The position numbers and the translations under genes were made by a program. A stretch of 64,000 nt of DNA. Source: Octopus sinensis (taxonomy: Eukaryota). The notes beneath the pieces are model-generated. The model saw nothing but the letters and a program-made list of their open reading frames with translations, was not told the DNA's origin and searched no databases. Positions 52,343 through 64,000 of the stretch are shown piece after piece (within the stretch, counting starts at the first letter, position 1; each line of letters starts with the position of its first letter). The DNA is taken from the NCBI RefSeq assembly GCF_006345805.1, contig NC_042998.1, positions 22,444,001 to 22,508,000 on the forward strand, written 5' to 3'.

Positions 52343-52699
52343 GAATCTGTTCAGTTTGGCTCACAGATTTAATGAATTTTTTTAACTAAACTGTTTTAAC
52401 TAAACACAGGCAGTAAACAAAAAATAAAATAGAACAGAGAGGTGGCATTTAGTATAGAGATGACCCGGAAGTTGTTCCTCTTCGATTACTATCGAAAACA
52501 GCAATAGCTTTCTTCAGCTGATTGGCTAAAATTAACAAATACGACGATATTAACACGAAATAACTTCTAAAATACGAAATTTTGTCAAAAATGTTCAAAG
52601 TAAACCGTGTTCAGCGTGAAAAATTACACCAGTATACGAAGTATCAAACTGTTTAGTTCAAAAAGGAATTTTAATCTGTGAGCCAAACTGAACAGATCC
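52343..52699. mobile_element. MITE with GGATCT termini and 8-bp TSD
   Basis: TIR G(G/A)ATCTGTTCAGTTTGGCTCACAGATT at both ends. TSD CATGTCAG/CATATCAG. The interior resembles an arm of 13463-14061. Confidence 0.85.
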
Positions 52700-53026
52700 C
52701 ATATCAGCTTTAGAGAATCCTTGATTCTCGAGATCATCTCCCCTTTTCATATAGTACTGGTCTTTATTACCATTTCGTAGTTATTTAGTACAGAGAAACA
52801 ACAGAATAACGCCATTAGTGCGAGAGTTTGAAAAGGAAGAGTGAAGTGTAGTGTCGGAAAGAAACAGAGGACGCTAAGCTGAGAGAAAAGAGGTTAGTAT
52901 GGGTATGAATTAAGGCACTTGTGAACGTGACAGGAGGATCGAATGGAGGAATGACAGGGGGAATGGACAGGTAGAAGAAAGTGACACTTGGGAAATTAGC
53001 AATTAGCATTTGAACCAGCACATTAT

Positions 53027-53244
53027 TTGGTAATTATGGTGCATTCTCTAGACGCAGAGATAATTTTGATAAATCAAAAAGATATGTTGAATGGTGTTTG
53101 ATAGAGCAGTATTCATCTATGTTGTTATACAGTTTTGTTTTAACTCCAAAATAAAATTAGGAAAATGTGCTGATGTTACAACTAAATGAAATACTAAAGA
53201 AAAATAGAACTGTAAAAGCATTTAATATTAAGAAAAATACACAA
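53027..53244. repeat. ~215-bp dispersed duplication, copy 2
   Basis: Matches 49780-49999. Confidence 0.88.
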
Positions 53245-53814
53245 TTGTATATACAAATAGAAAAAAATACTCACGGAAAGTAACGAAACAGACCGAAGAC
53301 AAATATATAAACAAACAAATAAGGAAGCGAAGAATTGGGCTATAAACACTTTCTTTTAAGTGAAAGAAAATTAAAAAAAAAGAAAGAATTTTAACGGATA
53401 ATCTTATAACGGTAAGATGGATTAGACGAGTCAACATAAACCGAATATTCAAAATAAAACAATTGACATTAACACGTAATAAACACACTCAAACACACAC
53501 ACACACAATGATACTCACACATTCACAGAAATACATATACACGCATACACACCTTGTCGTCTGCGATAAAGATAACCTATAGTAACGTTAATGTAATTAC
53601 TGGAAATTAAAGCGAACTGCTTAATTGGATTGTAGGAATTTTAATCTCTGCACAAGATCATTTGCCTGTCCACTAAGAAATTAAATGCAAATTATTGCAT
53701 TTGTTGTTTTGAAACGAATCTTCGATGTTTAATGAACCCCCACCACCACCAATTCCCAGACATCACCTTACAGAGATCGAAAGAAGGCGAAGCAGAAACT
53801 CTTAAGTGAAATTG

Positions 53815-53927
53815 TGATTGTGGTGGTGGTAGGTGCAATAATAATAATAATAGTGATGTTTGAGGTGGCGGCGACAGTTGTGGCGGCGGCGGTTGTGGTA
53901 CTAGTAGTAGTGATAGCAACAGAGGCG

Positions 53928-53982
<55 letters not shown>

Positions 53983-53992
53983 CGGCAGTAGT
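53815..53992. repeat. (GTA)n/(GTG)n trinucleotide repeat
   Basis: Seen directly. Confidence 0.9.
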
Positions 53993-54042
53993 TCTAGTAA
54001 AAATGTTTGTGGTGATAGTCGCAACAGTCGAAGAAAAAATAT

Positions 54043-54621
54043 TCTTTTATACTCTAAGCACAAGGCCTGACATTTTTTGGGGGTGAGAGAGCCAGACGAT
54101 TAGATCGACCCCAGTACGCAACTGGTACTTAATTTATCGACCCCGAAAAAATGAAAGGCAAAGTCGACCTCGGCGGAATTTGAATTTAGAACGTAGCGGC
54201 AGATGAAATACCTATTTCTTTACTACCCACAAGGGGCTAAACACAGAGGACAGACAAACGGATTAAGTCGATTATATCGACCCCAGTGCGTAACTGGTAC
54301 TTATTTAATCGACCCCGAAAGGATGAAAGGCAAAGTCGACCTCGGCGGAATTTGAACTCAGAACGTAACGGCAGACGAAATACCTATTTCTATTTCTTTA
54401 CTACCCAGAAGGGGCTAAACACAGAGGGGACAAACAAGGACAGACAAACGGATTAAGTCGATTATATCGACCCTAATGCGTAACTGGTACTTATTTAATC
54501 GACCCCGAAAGGATGAAAGGCAAAGTCGACCTCGGCGGAATTTGAACTCAGAACGTAACGGCAGTCGAAATACGGCTACGCAGTTCGCCTGGCGTGCCAA
54601 CGGTTCTGCCAGCTCGCCGCC
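54043..54621 (-). mobile_element. SINE A trimeric nested array
   Basis: Junctions GAAATAC|CTATTTC at 54211/54212 and 54383/54384. The old-type tail is outermost. Confidence 0.88.
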
Positions 54622-54855
54622 ATCGATGAAAAAATATTAACATCATTGATTTGTTACTTAGGTATTATTTCATACTATTGGTTTGTTCGAAGGCGGGGCT
54701 ATACCCATTCTCCTCCCATGCCCTCTGATACTTGTGAGATCAAAAAGTTAATGTTGAACTAGAACAGAAACTGTGAGCTTGAAGGAAATATTCTATGCTT
54801 TATATTCAAACCAGCCAAATTAGGCCTCTCACACAATGTCATTTTAAGAATGACA

Positions 54856-55867
54856 GTCACATCATTGAAATATTGAAGCTACAAGATAACGTAAGATTTA
54901 ATCAAATCAATATAAATAAATAAACGTCATATTCGACAGATTAATTTGGATGCTAAAGGTTTGGGTCCATCTTCGCAAAGTGGATTTTGAGACCTTTTTG
55001 GGGGTAAAAATTGTCTCTTGTATGTCATTAAACAGGGTAAGTGGCAACAAGGAGAGGTGTTTGAGTTAGGAAAGCCTGTGCTGAAGTATTACGTACTGTT
55101 TGTATTTAAAGGGCGAATACGATATTGTTTTAATAACTGCGTCATGTTAGATGCACCGAATTTTCAGCAATCCATGTTCAGGAAAGAATGGATTGCCCAT
55201 TTAACACTCAAACCCGCGAGACCCGGCTAAAATATTCTATATTTTATATTCAAACTAGACTGTCACATCATTGAAATATTGAAGCTACAAGATAATGTAA
55301 GATTAATTCAAAGCAATATAAATAAATATTGTTGTATTTTGGGACGGTCATGTTGCCAATTTAGCCAATAGAAACACACGCACTGTATATTTGGTGTTCA
55401 TTTACTTCAGCTTTATTTTATATTAATCGTATTTCGGCCGGAGTTCTTTCGAGACACTTCTGTCAACTTTTTTGTTGTAAGATTATGTAAGATTAATTCA
55501 AAGCAATATATATAAACGTTGTTGTATTTGGGGACGGTCATGTTGCCAGTTTAGCCAATAGAAACACACGCACTGTATATTTGGTGTTCATTTACTTCGG
55601 TTTTATTTTATATTAATCGTATTTCGGCTGGAATTCTTTCGAGACACTTCTGTCAACTTTTTTGACAGATTAATATGAATGCCAAAAGTTTGGTCCCATC
55701 TTTGCAAAGTGGATTTTGAGACATTTTTGAGGGTAAACATTGCCTATTGTATCTTTCTTGTATGTCATTCAAAGGAGAGAGAGTGTGAGTTAGAAGAGCC
55801 TGTGAAAAGTTATTACATACTGTTTGTATTTAAAGGGCGAATACAATATTGTTTTAGCAACTGCGTC
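54856..55867. repeat. Local duplication with a tandemly doubled inserted module
   Basis: 54856-55143 is repeated as 55262-55330 plus 55663-55867. The insert is doubled at ~55330-55475 and ~55520-55662 and also occurs inverted at ~49998-50105. Confidence 0.75.
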
Positions 55868-56347
55868 TTTCTGCTAATAAAGGGCGATACATGAACCCTT
55901 TGAGGTGGGGCAACTGTTGGAGCGAGTGTCGCTGGCTATTTTCCACGGTAACGCCTTTGCAATCATGTCCACGAGGCGTGGCTGAACACCTCATCTGTTC
56001 TGGGGTGTACAACAAGTTACCCCCTTCTCGCCTTACCCGTCTTCTGCTGCTTAATCCACGCCTTTTTTTCTTCTTTGTTTCCATGGTGAAGTAGTTATGG
56101 GTTTTTTTTTCTTGGTAATTTGATCTTCATACTTTTAATTTTTTCTTTCGTTTCTTCCTGTGAAAACGTTGTTAATAAAATGGAATTTTAAGTCGAAAAA
56201 AGAATTGGAATGGTTCCCTGAAAGAAACAAGTGTAATTCTACATGGAGTTAGTGAAGGTTTGGCACAAGGTGCCCAGGTTTCCTGTTCAATATAGTCGAT
56301 TCAAAGTAGGAGAAAGAGAGAAAGAAAGAGAGAGAGAGCGCGATACT

Positions 56348-56810
56348 ATTTTACTCTCTCTTTTACTTGTTTCAGTCATTTGACTATGGCCATGCTGGAG
56401 CATCGCCTTAAATCGAGCATATCGACCCCAGGACTTATTCCTTGTAAGCCTAGTACTTATTCTATCGGTCTCTTTTGCTGAACTGCTAAGTTACGGGGAC
56501 GTAAACACACCAGCATCGGTTGTCAAGCGATGTTGGGGGGACAAACACAGACACACAAACATATATACACAGGTATACCTATTTCTTTACTACCGACAAG
56601 GGGCTAAACACAGAGAGAACAAACAAGGACAGACAAACGGATTAAGTCGATTACATCAACCCCAGTGCATAACTGGTACTTATTTAATCGACCCCGAAAG
56701 GATGAAAGGCAGAGTCGAGCTCGGCTTAATTTGAACTCAGAACGTAACGGTTGACGAAATTCGGCTACGCATTTCGCCCGGCGTGCTAACGGTTCTGCTA
56801 GCTCATTGCC
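56348..56810 (-). mobile_element. SINE B 3' half followed by SINE A (56578-56810)
   Basis: Consensus matches. Junction GGTATAC|CTATTTCTTT. Confidence 0.85.
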
Positions 56811-57323
56811 ATTTCAAAATACTTAATAATGAAACTTTTGCCCCTGTCATGTCTTTTTCAGTGCAAGAAATCAATACTGAGAAATAAAAATAAATAAATA
56901 AATAAAAAGATGGTGGCTTGGTAGAAGCAGTAGACCAGTCTTACGTATACAGAAGGACAGACATAGCCATGGCTTCAATGGAATTCTTCTGATGCATAGT
57001 CATGTTTTGCAGTATTTGCTGGCGTCTCTTTACATTCGGAGTTAGAAGCCTTGGAAGGTCAACTTCGTCATTCATCTTTGAAGCGTCGATGAGTCTCTAT
57101 AATCGATTTATTTTCTGCTTCACCCCAATCTATGCCAGTGTGCCTCTGTGAGAAACCAATCATGAAACACATGTGAAGATTTTTCATCTTCCTTTCTTTT
57201 CGCTTCCTTTTTTCGGTATTTTCCTTTCATTTGCTTTTCATCTACTCTCTAAATTATCTTTTCTTTCTTCCCTAGCTTTCTGTCTCTTAATCCTCTCTCC
57301 CTATCTTTCGCTCTCCATCTCAA

Positions 57324-57672
57324 TATCTATCTATCTGCCTATCTATCTACCTACCTACCGATCTGCCTACCTATCTATCTATCTACCTACCTACCTACCG
57401 ATCTGCCTATATATCTATTTATCTATCTATCTGCCTATCTATCTATCTGCCTATCTATCTATCTATCTATCTATCTGCCTATCTATCTATCTATATCTAT
57501 CTATCTATCTATCTATCTGCCTATCTATCTATCTATCTATATCTATCTATCTATCTATCTGCCTATCTATCTATCTATCTATCTGCCTATCTATCTATCT
57601 GCCTATCTATCTATCTGCCTATCTATCTATCTGCCTATATATCTATCTATATCTATCTATCTGCCTATCTAT
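57324..57672. repeat. (TATC)n/(TGCC) microsatellite
   Basis: Seen directly. Confidence 0.95.
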
Positions 57673-58299
57673 CTTGATGTTCAATTTATGTAAAATTTAA
57701 CGTTTGATAAATTAGCATTTGGAAACAAATGAAGATTATCACGATCAAATTTGTCCATTCACTCTAAAATAAATATTAACAACCCTGCCGTTGAATCCCT
57801 AATTTATTTAGCTAATTACCTTAATTGTGCTTCGCTCAACAAGTTACTGGCGTAATTCCTGAACAAAACATTTACAAAATTTGGAATTTTTTTTCTTCTA
57901 TTAGAATTATCCTTTTCAAAAAGACTGTAAAGAAGAAAAAATAAAAATAGAAAGATAAAACAAGGGAAAATGAAAATTGTCATGTATAGTGTTAAATATG
58001 CAAATATTTGCCATAGAAACTACTTAAAATTACTTTTCTTGACATGAGCTGAAGTCCTTTGTGGTACTTAAAAATAAGATAATATCGGTTTATATTAAAG
58101 CTGTAAATAATCTCTAAAATATGCTATAACATTTTGAATTTTAAGTATTATACCGTGAAGAGGATTATAATATAATTTCATTTTTATATTCATAACACAT
58201 GCTTATTGGCAGAAGGTTGTCATCATCCAAATTTCCTTCATGAATATATATATTTTTTAACATGGAAATTTAAATGATGACGTAAATAAACCGAGATTA

Positions 58300-58874
58300 T
58301 TTTCTACTATAGGCACAAGGCCTGAAATTTTGGGGGAGGAAGCCAGACGATTAGATCGACACCAGTACGTAACTGGTACTTAATTTATCGACCCCGAAAG
58401 GATGAAAGGCAAAGTCGACCTCGGCGGAATTTGAACTCAGAACGTAACGGCAGACGAAATACCTATTTCTTTACTACCCACAAGGGGCTAAACACAGAGG
58501 GGACAAACAAGGACAAACGGATTAAGTCTATTACATCGACCCCAGTGCGTAACTGGTACTTAATTTATCGACCCCGAAAGGATGAAAGGGAAAGTCGACC
58601 TCGGTGGAATTTGAACTCAGAACGTAATGGCAGACGAAATACCTATTTCTTTACTACCCACAAGGGGCTAAACACAGAAGGGACAAACAAGGACGGACAA
58701 ACGGATTAAGTCGATTATATCAACCCCAATGCATAACTGGTACTTATTTAATCGACCCCGAAATGATGAAAGGCAAAGTTGACCTCGGCGGAATTTGAAC
58801 TCAGAACGTAACGGCAGACGAAATTCGGCTACGCATTTCGCCCGGCGTGCTAACGTTTCTGCCAGCTCGCCGCC
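58300..58874 (-). mobile_element. SINE A trimeric nested array
   Basis: Junctions GAAATAC|CTATTTC at 58462/58463 and 58642/58643. Outer TSD GTA(A)ATAAAC..AGATTATT. Confidence 0.9.
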
Positions 58875-59279
58875 TTTTGTAATAAACTAAGATTATTACT
58901 CGTTTACACAGTTTCATACGCTGTCCAGTTGACATGGGAGCCGCACATCCTACATACTTCTCAAAACAATTTTCTTAAGTACTTCTTATTTACAACTTTA
59001 TCCTTCTTTGAACTCCATGCACAGCGTTCCAAAATTGTTCCTTTCATGAAACTCATCCTTTTAAAAACCGCATCCAATACATACGATACCTCTTCTCATT
59101 TCATCTAACTATAGTTTCCGTAAATGGCCTGCAGCATTCTGTGTCCTTTTTTGTTGCTGGGGCAGTACAAACTCTTCCTGGTATTTTATTGTATCAGTTT
59201 TTTTTTTGTTAAGTGGTTTGGTTGCAGTCTTTTGCTGTATTAGCGTTTATATTGTGTTGTGTAAGTAATGCGAGTGGCG

Positions 59280-59418
59280 TTCTTCTGTTGAATACATGTA
59301 GGCAGTACTCGTCAGTAAAATCTTTTGGATATCTCTTAAGACATGGTTCCCCTGGAATCTTATCTAGATGTTTGACATCCCTTTTTTTATCATACCTAGG
59401 GCACCTACAGTAACAGGA
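59280..59418 (-). pseudogene. Remnant of the RLE C-terminus of an R4/Dong-like non-LTR retrotransposon
   Basis: Frameshifted translation PVTVGALGMIKKG / KHLDKIPGEPCL / DIQKILLTSTAY fits the PVVVGALG...LQK..LLGTA pattern of RLE-clade elements. Confidence 0.7.
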
Positions 59419-59424
59419 AAGGTT

Positions 59425-59632
59425 CTCTTTTACTGTTTTACTTGTTTCAGTCATTTGACTGCGGCCATGCTGGAGAACCGCCTTTAGTCGAGCAAATCAA
59501 CTCCAGGACTTATTCTTTGTAAACTCAGTACTTATTCTATCGGTCTCTTTTGCCGAACCACTAAGTGACGGGGACGTAAACACACCAGCATCGGTTGTCA
59601 AGCAATGCTAGTGGACAAACACAGACACACAA

Positions 59633-59679
<47 letters not shown>

Positions 59680-59843
59680 CGACAGGCTTCTTTCAGTTTC
59701 CGTCTACCAAATCCACTCACAAATCCATTGGTCGGTCCGGGGCTATAGCAGAAGACACTTACCCAAGATGCCACGCAGTGGGACTGAACCCGGAACCATG
59801 TGGTTGGTTAGCAAGCTACTTACCACACAGTCACTCCTGCGCC
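59425..59843 (-). mobile_element. SINE B, young copy
   Basis: Consensus match. Confidence 0.9.
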
Positions 59844-61327
59844 TATCTCGTTTATCATTATTGTTGTTGTTTTTATTATTTAGGTGTAGTGTTCATTCGA
59901 TTTTTTCCTAGCTGCTTAGTTCCGGGTACGTATTCAAACACCGGATGTCAGCTGTATTACGTCAAAGTCATGTAACGTAAAGAGGAAAACTGAAAAACAC
60001 AGACACACATGTGTTTGCGTACACACATATATACATACGTGTGTGTGTGCTTTCTGCTCAGTTACCCCCTTGTCAGATTCACTCACGAGGCATTGATTAT
60101 CCCAGGAAAAAAGCAGAACAGAATTTGTCCAAGGTACCACAGAACTGGACGAAACTACATGGTTTTGAAACGGGCTTCTAAACCACACAGAAGCGTCTGC
60201 ACCAAATAGTTAAGATTAAATGTTAACCATTCCAAAAGCTCACCCAGTTCTCTCAACTCTCTTCCTCCACCAGGGCATTGCGGACTAACAAATAAAGTAC
60301 ATTAAAGTTTGTTACAGATAGATTTGTCTAAAAAGTCCTGTTGAATTTCAAATTCTCATTCCTTAAAACTGTTTAGTCATCGTTTCGTTTCATCATTCCG
60401 TTTGTAGTTTTTGATCTGACCGAATACAAAGCAGCTGTCTCCAGAGAATTCGTTATATGGTGTATTGAAGTTTTCAACTGTATTCAATAATATTTATGGC
60501 AAATTTGAAATTTTTCTGCCTGCTCAAAGCAAACAGCGTCATATTTTATCTTATTATTAACTAATCTATCACTTCGACTTTAGAACTCAAGCCAAAAGAT
60601 AAAATTCTTTTACCGTTTAATCTAGCATGAATTATTCATCAGTAACCGAGCCTCGTTATCTTGGTCACTTCTTTATCAACAACTGTAGTTTCAAATTTGT
60701 TTTGTTGATTTTCATATCTGAAATATACATTACATTTAAATGTGTGTGTGTGTGTGTGTGTATTTATATAATATATGCATGTGTATGTATGTCTCATGTA
60801 GATATATGTGTGTGTATTTGTATATAATATATATGTATATATCTTCCTCATCACTGTTGTCACCCCATAAGCTTCGAAAATATCTACTCTCTCACCCGCA
60901 TCTACTCTCACCTCCTAACACACAAACATACACACACAAGCCAACACCTCACATCCCTGCTAACCAATGCCATTATACTTACAAACTTGCAACACCGTTA
61001 TACACAAACATACATACATGCACTCATACATATGCCACACAAACCCACACATGCTTCTCTCCCCTTATGTCCGCTTCCAGACGCAGATGCACTTTTTTAC
61101 AAGCATCAGTATCCTCCACCCGTCACTTCCTACTTTCGTAACTGTCCGATGCAAAACTTGCTTTCGGTATTCTCCCTTGGTTTCTAGCCCTTCGCCTATA
61201 TTCTTTTTTGTCTGATTACCTCCCTTTGTCACTATGCTTATCTCTGTCTTATATTATATTATATCATATACGCTCTGTGCAAAAAGAAACCGAACTCAGG
61301 TGAGTATCACGTAAGTCTAGAGATGTA

Positions 61328-61492
61328 GGCGTAGGAGTGGCTGTGTGGTAAGTAGCTTGCTTACGAACCTCAGGGTTCCGGGTTCAATCCCACTGCGTGG
61401 CATCTTGGGCAAGTGTCTTCTACTATAGCCTTGGGCCAACCAAAGCCTTGTGAGTGGATTTAGTAGACAGAAACTGAAAGAAGCCCATCGTA

Positions 61493-61549
<57 letters not shown>

Positions 61550-61747
61550 GTATGTGTGTTTGTGCCCCCAACATCGCTTGACAACCGATGCTGGTGTATT
61601 TACGTCCCCGTAACTTAGCGGTTCGGCAAAAATAGACCGGTAGAATAAGTACTAAGCTTACAAAGAATAAGTCCTGGGGTCGATTTTTTCGACTAAAGGC
61701 GGTGCTCCAGCATGGCCACAGTCAAATGGCTGAAACAAGTAAAAGAG
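61328..61747 (+). mobile_element. SINE B full-length copy
   Basis: Consensus match with flanking AGAGATG direct repeat. Confidence 0.9.
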
Positions 61748-62134
61748 AGATGGGAGCGATGACCTCCCTTGCAAATACGCTATGGACACAAACTGTGTGT
61801 CGATAGCCAGCTGGAAAAAAATATTTTCCTGGGGCTATAACAACAGTAACGCCCTTTATAAGACAGCCACATTCTGTTGGCATATAAACATTACCACTAC
61901 TAACATTATAGCAAAGACAAAAATTACACGGATGCAAACTTCTTCGTACTAATGTACAAACAATGTATTAGATCCATTGGGAAAATTTTAAAAGTGGAAC
62001 AAATGATTCTACAAATATTTTTGAGGATGGAAACTAGTATTCATCAGTTTGAGAACTGCTACCTTAACACGATTTTCAGAGCGAATCAGCTTTAGCCAAT
62101 GTGGCAAGGGTGGACCTTTTGAATTACATGTGCA

Positions 62135-62271
62135 TATGTTTCCGACGAAGAGCTCCGCTCGAAACGTTAAACCCTCCTCCTTTCCTTCTTTCCTGAGCGT
62201 CCAATAATACTATATTTGTTCCACGTCCTCGCGTTGTTGTGTTTTTTTGTGCTTTCTTGTTTGGATTAACT
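62135..62271 (+). mobile_element. Penelope-like terminal repeat with hammerhead-like motif
   Basis: GTTT CCGACGA A GAGC TCC GCTC GAAACGTT AAAC at 62138-62172. Ends in (TA)n. Confidence 0.65.
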
Positions 62272-62272
62272 T

Positions 62273-62310
<38 letters not shown>

Positions 62311-62330
62311 TAGAGAGAGATATATAGATT

Positions 62331-62371
<41 letters not shown>

Positions 62372-62849
62372 AGAGAGAGAGAGACTCGATCCTAGCATTG
62401 TTCTGATACTTTGTCTATTTCGAAAATATGACGAGGCAAATCTAATCTCAGCACGATTTGAATGCAGCGGGCTGAGCCGAGAAGAATACTTGTAAACACT
62501 CTATCCGAAGCTCGAACGATTCAGCCAATTCTAGGTCTTGTTATCTACAATTCCCCTACAAGAGTAAATCCTAAATTTATTTTGTTGTGGGGCTATTCTA
62601 CGATTTCTCAAAATCACAGAACACCTGCCTGTATTTTACGGCTAATCCAATCACCCAAATTTTAATAAGACATTAAATGATATAAAAGTTGTTTTAGCGA
62701 TAAAGTTTACTCGTGTAAAAAAAAAAAAGAAAAACATAAAATAACTATTCTAAAATGGTGAATAGGTTTTTTTATATAATAAATTTTAATTAAATTTCGT
62801 TTAAAAACAACACTATCTCACGGAACTCCAAAAATTTTACTCAGAATTT

Positions 62850-63079
62850 TTCAAATTCCGCCGTGGTCGACTTTGCCTTTCATCCTTTCGGGGTCGATTA
62901 AATAAGTACCAGTTACGCACTGGGGTAGATATACTCGACTTAATCTATTTGTCTGTCCTTGTTTGTCCCCACTGTGTGTAGCCCCGTGTGGGCAGTAAAG
63001 AAATAAGAAACGTTAGCACGTTTGTCCATCCTTGTTTGTCTCCTATGTGTAGCCCCTTGTGGGCAGCAAAGATATAAGA
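62850..63079 (+). mobile_element. Two 5'-truncated SINE A pieces in tandem
   Basis: TSD AAATTTTACTCAGAAT outside. A short head fragment GAAACGTTAGCACG sits between the pieces. Confidence 0.8.
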
Positions 63080-63712
63080 AATTTTACTCAGAATATTGAT
63101 GTTCCTGAGAACCGATTTGAGAAACATAGATCCAAAATTCAAATTACGCTTACAAAACATAGCCGAGAGAGCCAAACTACACACAAACTCACCAGTCCTA
63201 CAGTACACAAAGAAACGACAAAATTAACGTACAGGCAATGAGTAGATAGACAACCGACAACTGATGAAGGGTCGTTCTTTAAGTTACTTGTCCTGTTTTC
63301 CATTTGTTTCTCTCGTTTGCGTATTGAACTCATTTGTCGTATTTTATGTTTACTGTCGGTGACGTCCATTATTTATATTTTATCAGATCCGTCATGATTT
63401 CATTAATTAATTTCTTTAAAATTGATTACTTAAAATTTAATCAATTAATCGCATCGTAGTGAAGGCTCCGATGTCTTGCCAATATGGTTTACTTTGCATC
63501 AAACGTCAGTGATGGTCATTATGATTTATGCCAATCCTTACCGAAACGCTCAATCTCGTTCTCCACAGAAGTAAGAAAAACTTTCTAAATGTTTCAATAA
63601 GTCAATCAAAGCAGAAGCGATGCGTAATTCTAGCAGGTTTTCCCAGATTGGTAAAAATCGATATGCTTCGCAAAATCGCAGGCTGTTGACTGTATGTAAA
63701 GGAAAGCAACCT

Positions 63713-64000
63713 ATCTTTTATCTTTTACTTGAGTTAGTCATTATGCTGTGGCCATGCTGGAACACCGCTTTGAAGGTTTTTTGTCAAACAAATCGACCCC
63801 GGGACTTATTTTTATGGACTGGTATTTAGTCTGTCGTTCTGTTTCATCGAACCAGCTGTTAAGTTACGGGGATGTAACCAAACCAACACCGGTTGTCAAG
63901 CGATGGTGGCGATGAACAAATACAAGGCACACACATACACAGGCGCAGGAGTGGCTGTGTGGTAAGTAGCTTGCTAACCAACCACATGGTTCCGGGTTCA
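63713..64000. mobile_element. SINE B 3' half (-) and start of SINE B (+, from 63942)
   Basis: Consensus matches. Runs off the window end. Confidence 0.8.

Noticed and set aside
53692-54086. Poly-Leu and poly-Val 'membrane protein' ORFs
   Set aside because: They are translations of the (GTA)n/(GTG)n microsatellite.

Overview
This is AT-rich, repeat-dominated eukaryotic DNA (intergenic or intronic). The SINE families and the very long (TA)n/(CA)n/(GATA)n tracts suggest a coleoid cephalopod such as Octopus; that is an inference, not a database result. No intact host protein-coding gene is recognisable, and almost all track ORFs are microsatellite or SINE read-throughs. Supportable content: dozens of copies of three tRNA-derived SINE types (my labels A, B, C); RTE-related and LINE 3' fragments; two decayed mariner transposase copies and a mariner MITE; a remnant of an R4-like restriction-like endonuclease (RLE) domain; several palindromic MITEs, including a GGATCT-ended, 8-bp-TSD family with internal (CCCTAA)n; Penelope-like terminal repeats carrying minimal hammerhead ribozyme motifs; and local tandem, dispersed and inverted duplications. 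The most notable signals are (i) at least four unrelated minimal hammerhead designs in 64 kb and (ii) SINE A inserting repeatedly into its own internal GTATTTC motif, which builds stereotyped nested arrays. Coordinates were read by eye, so repeat boundaries are approximate.
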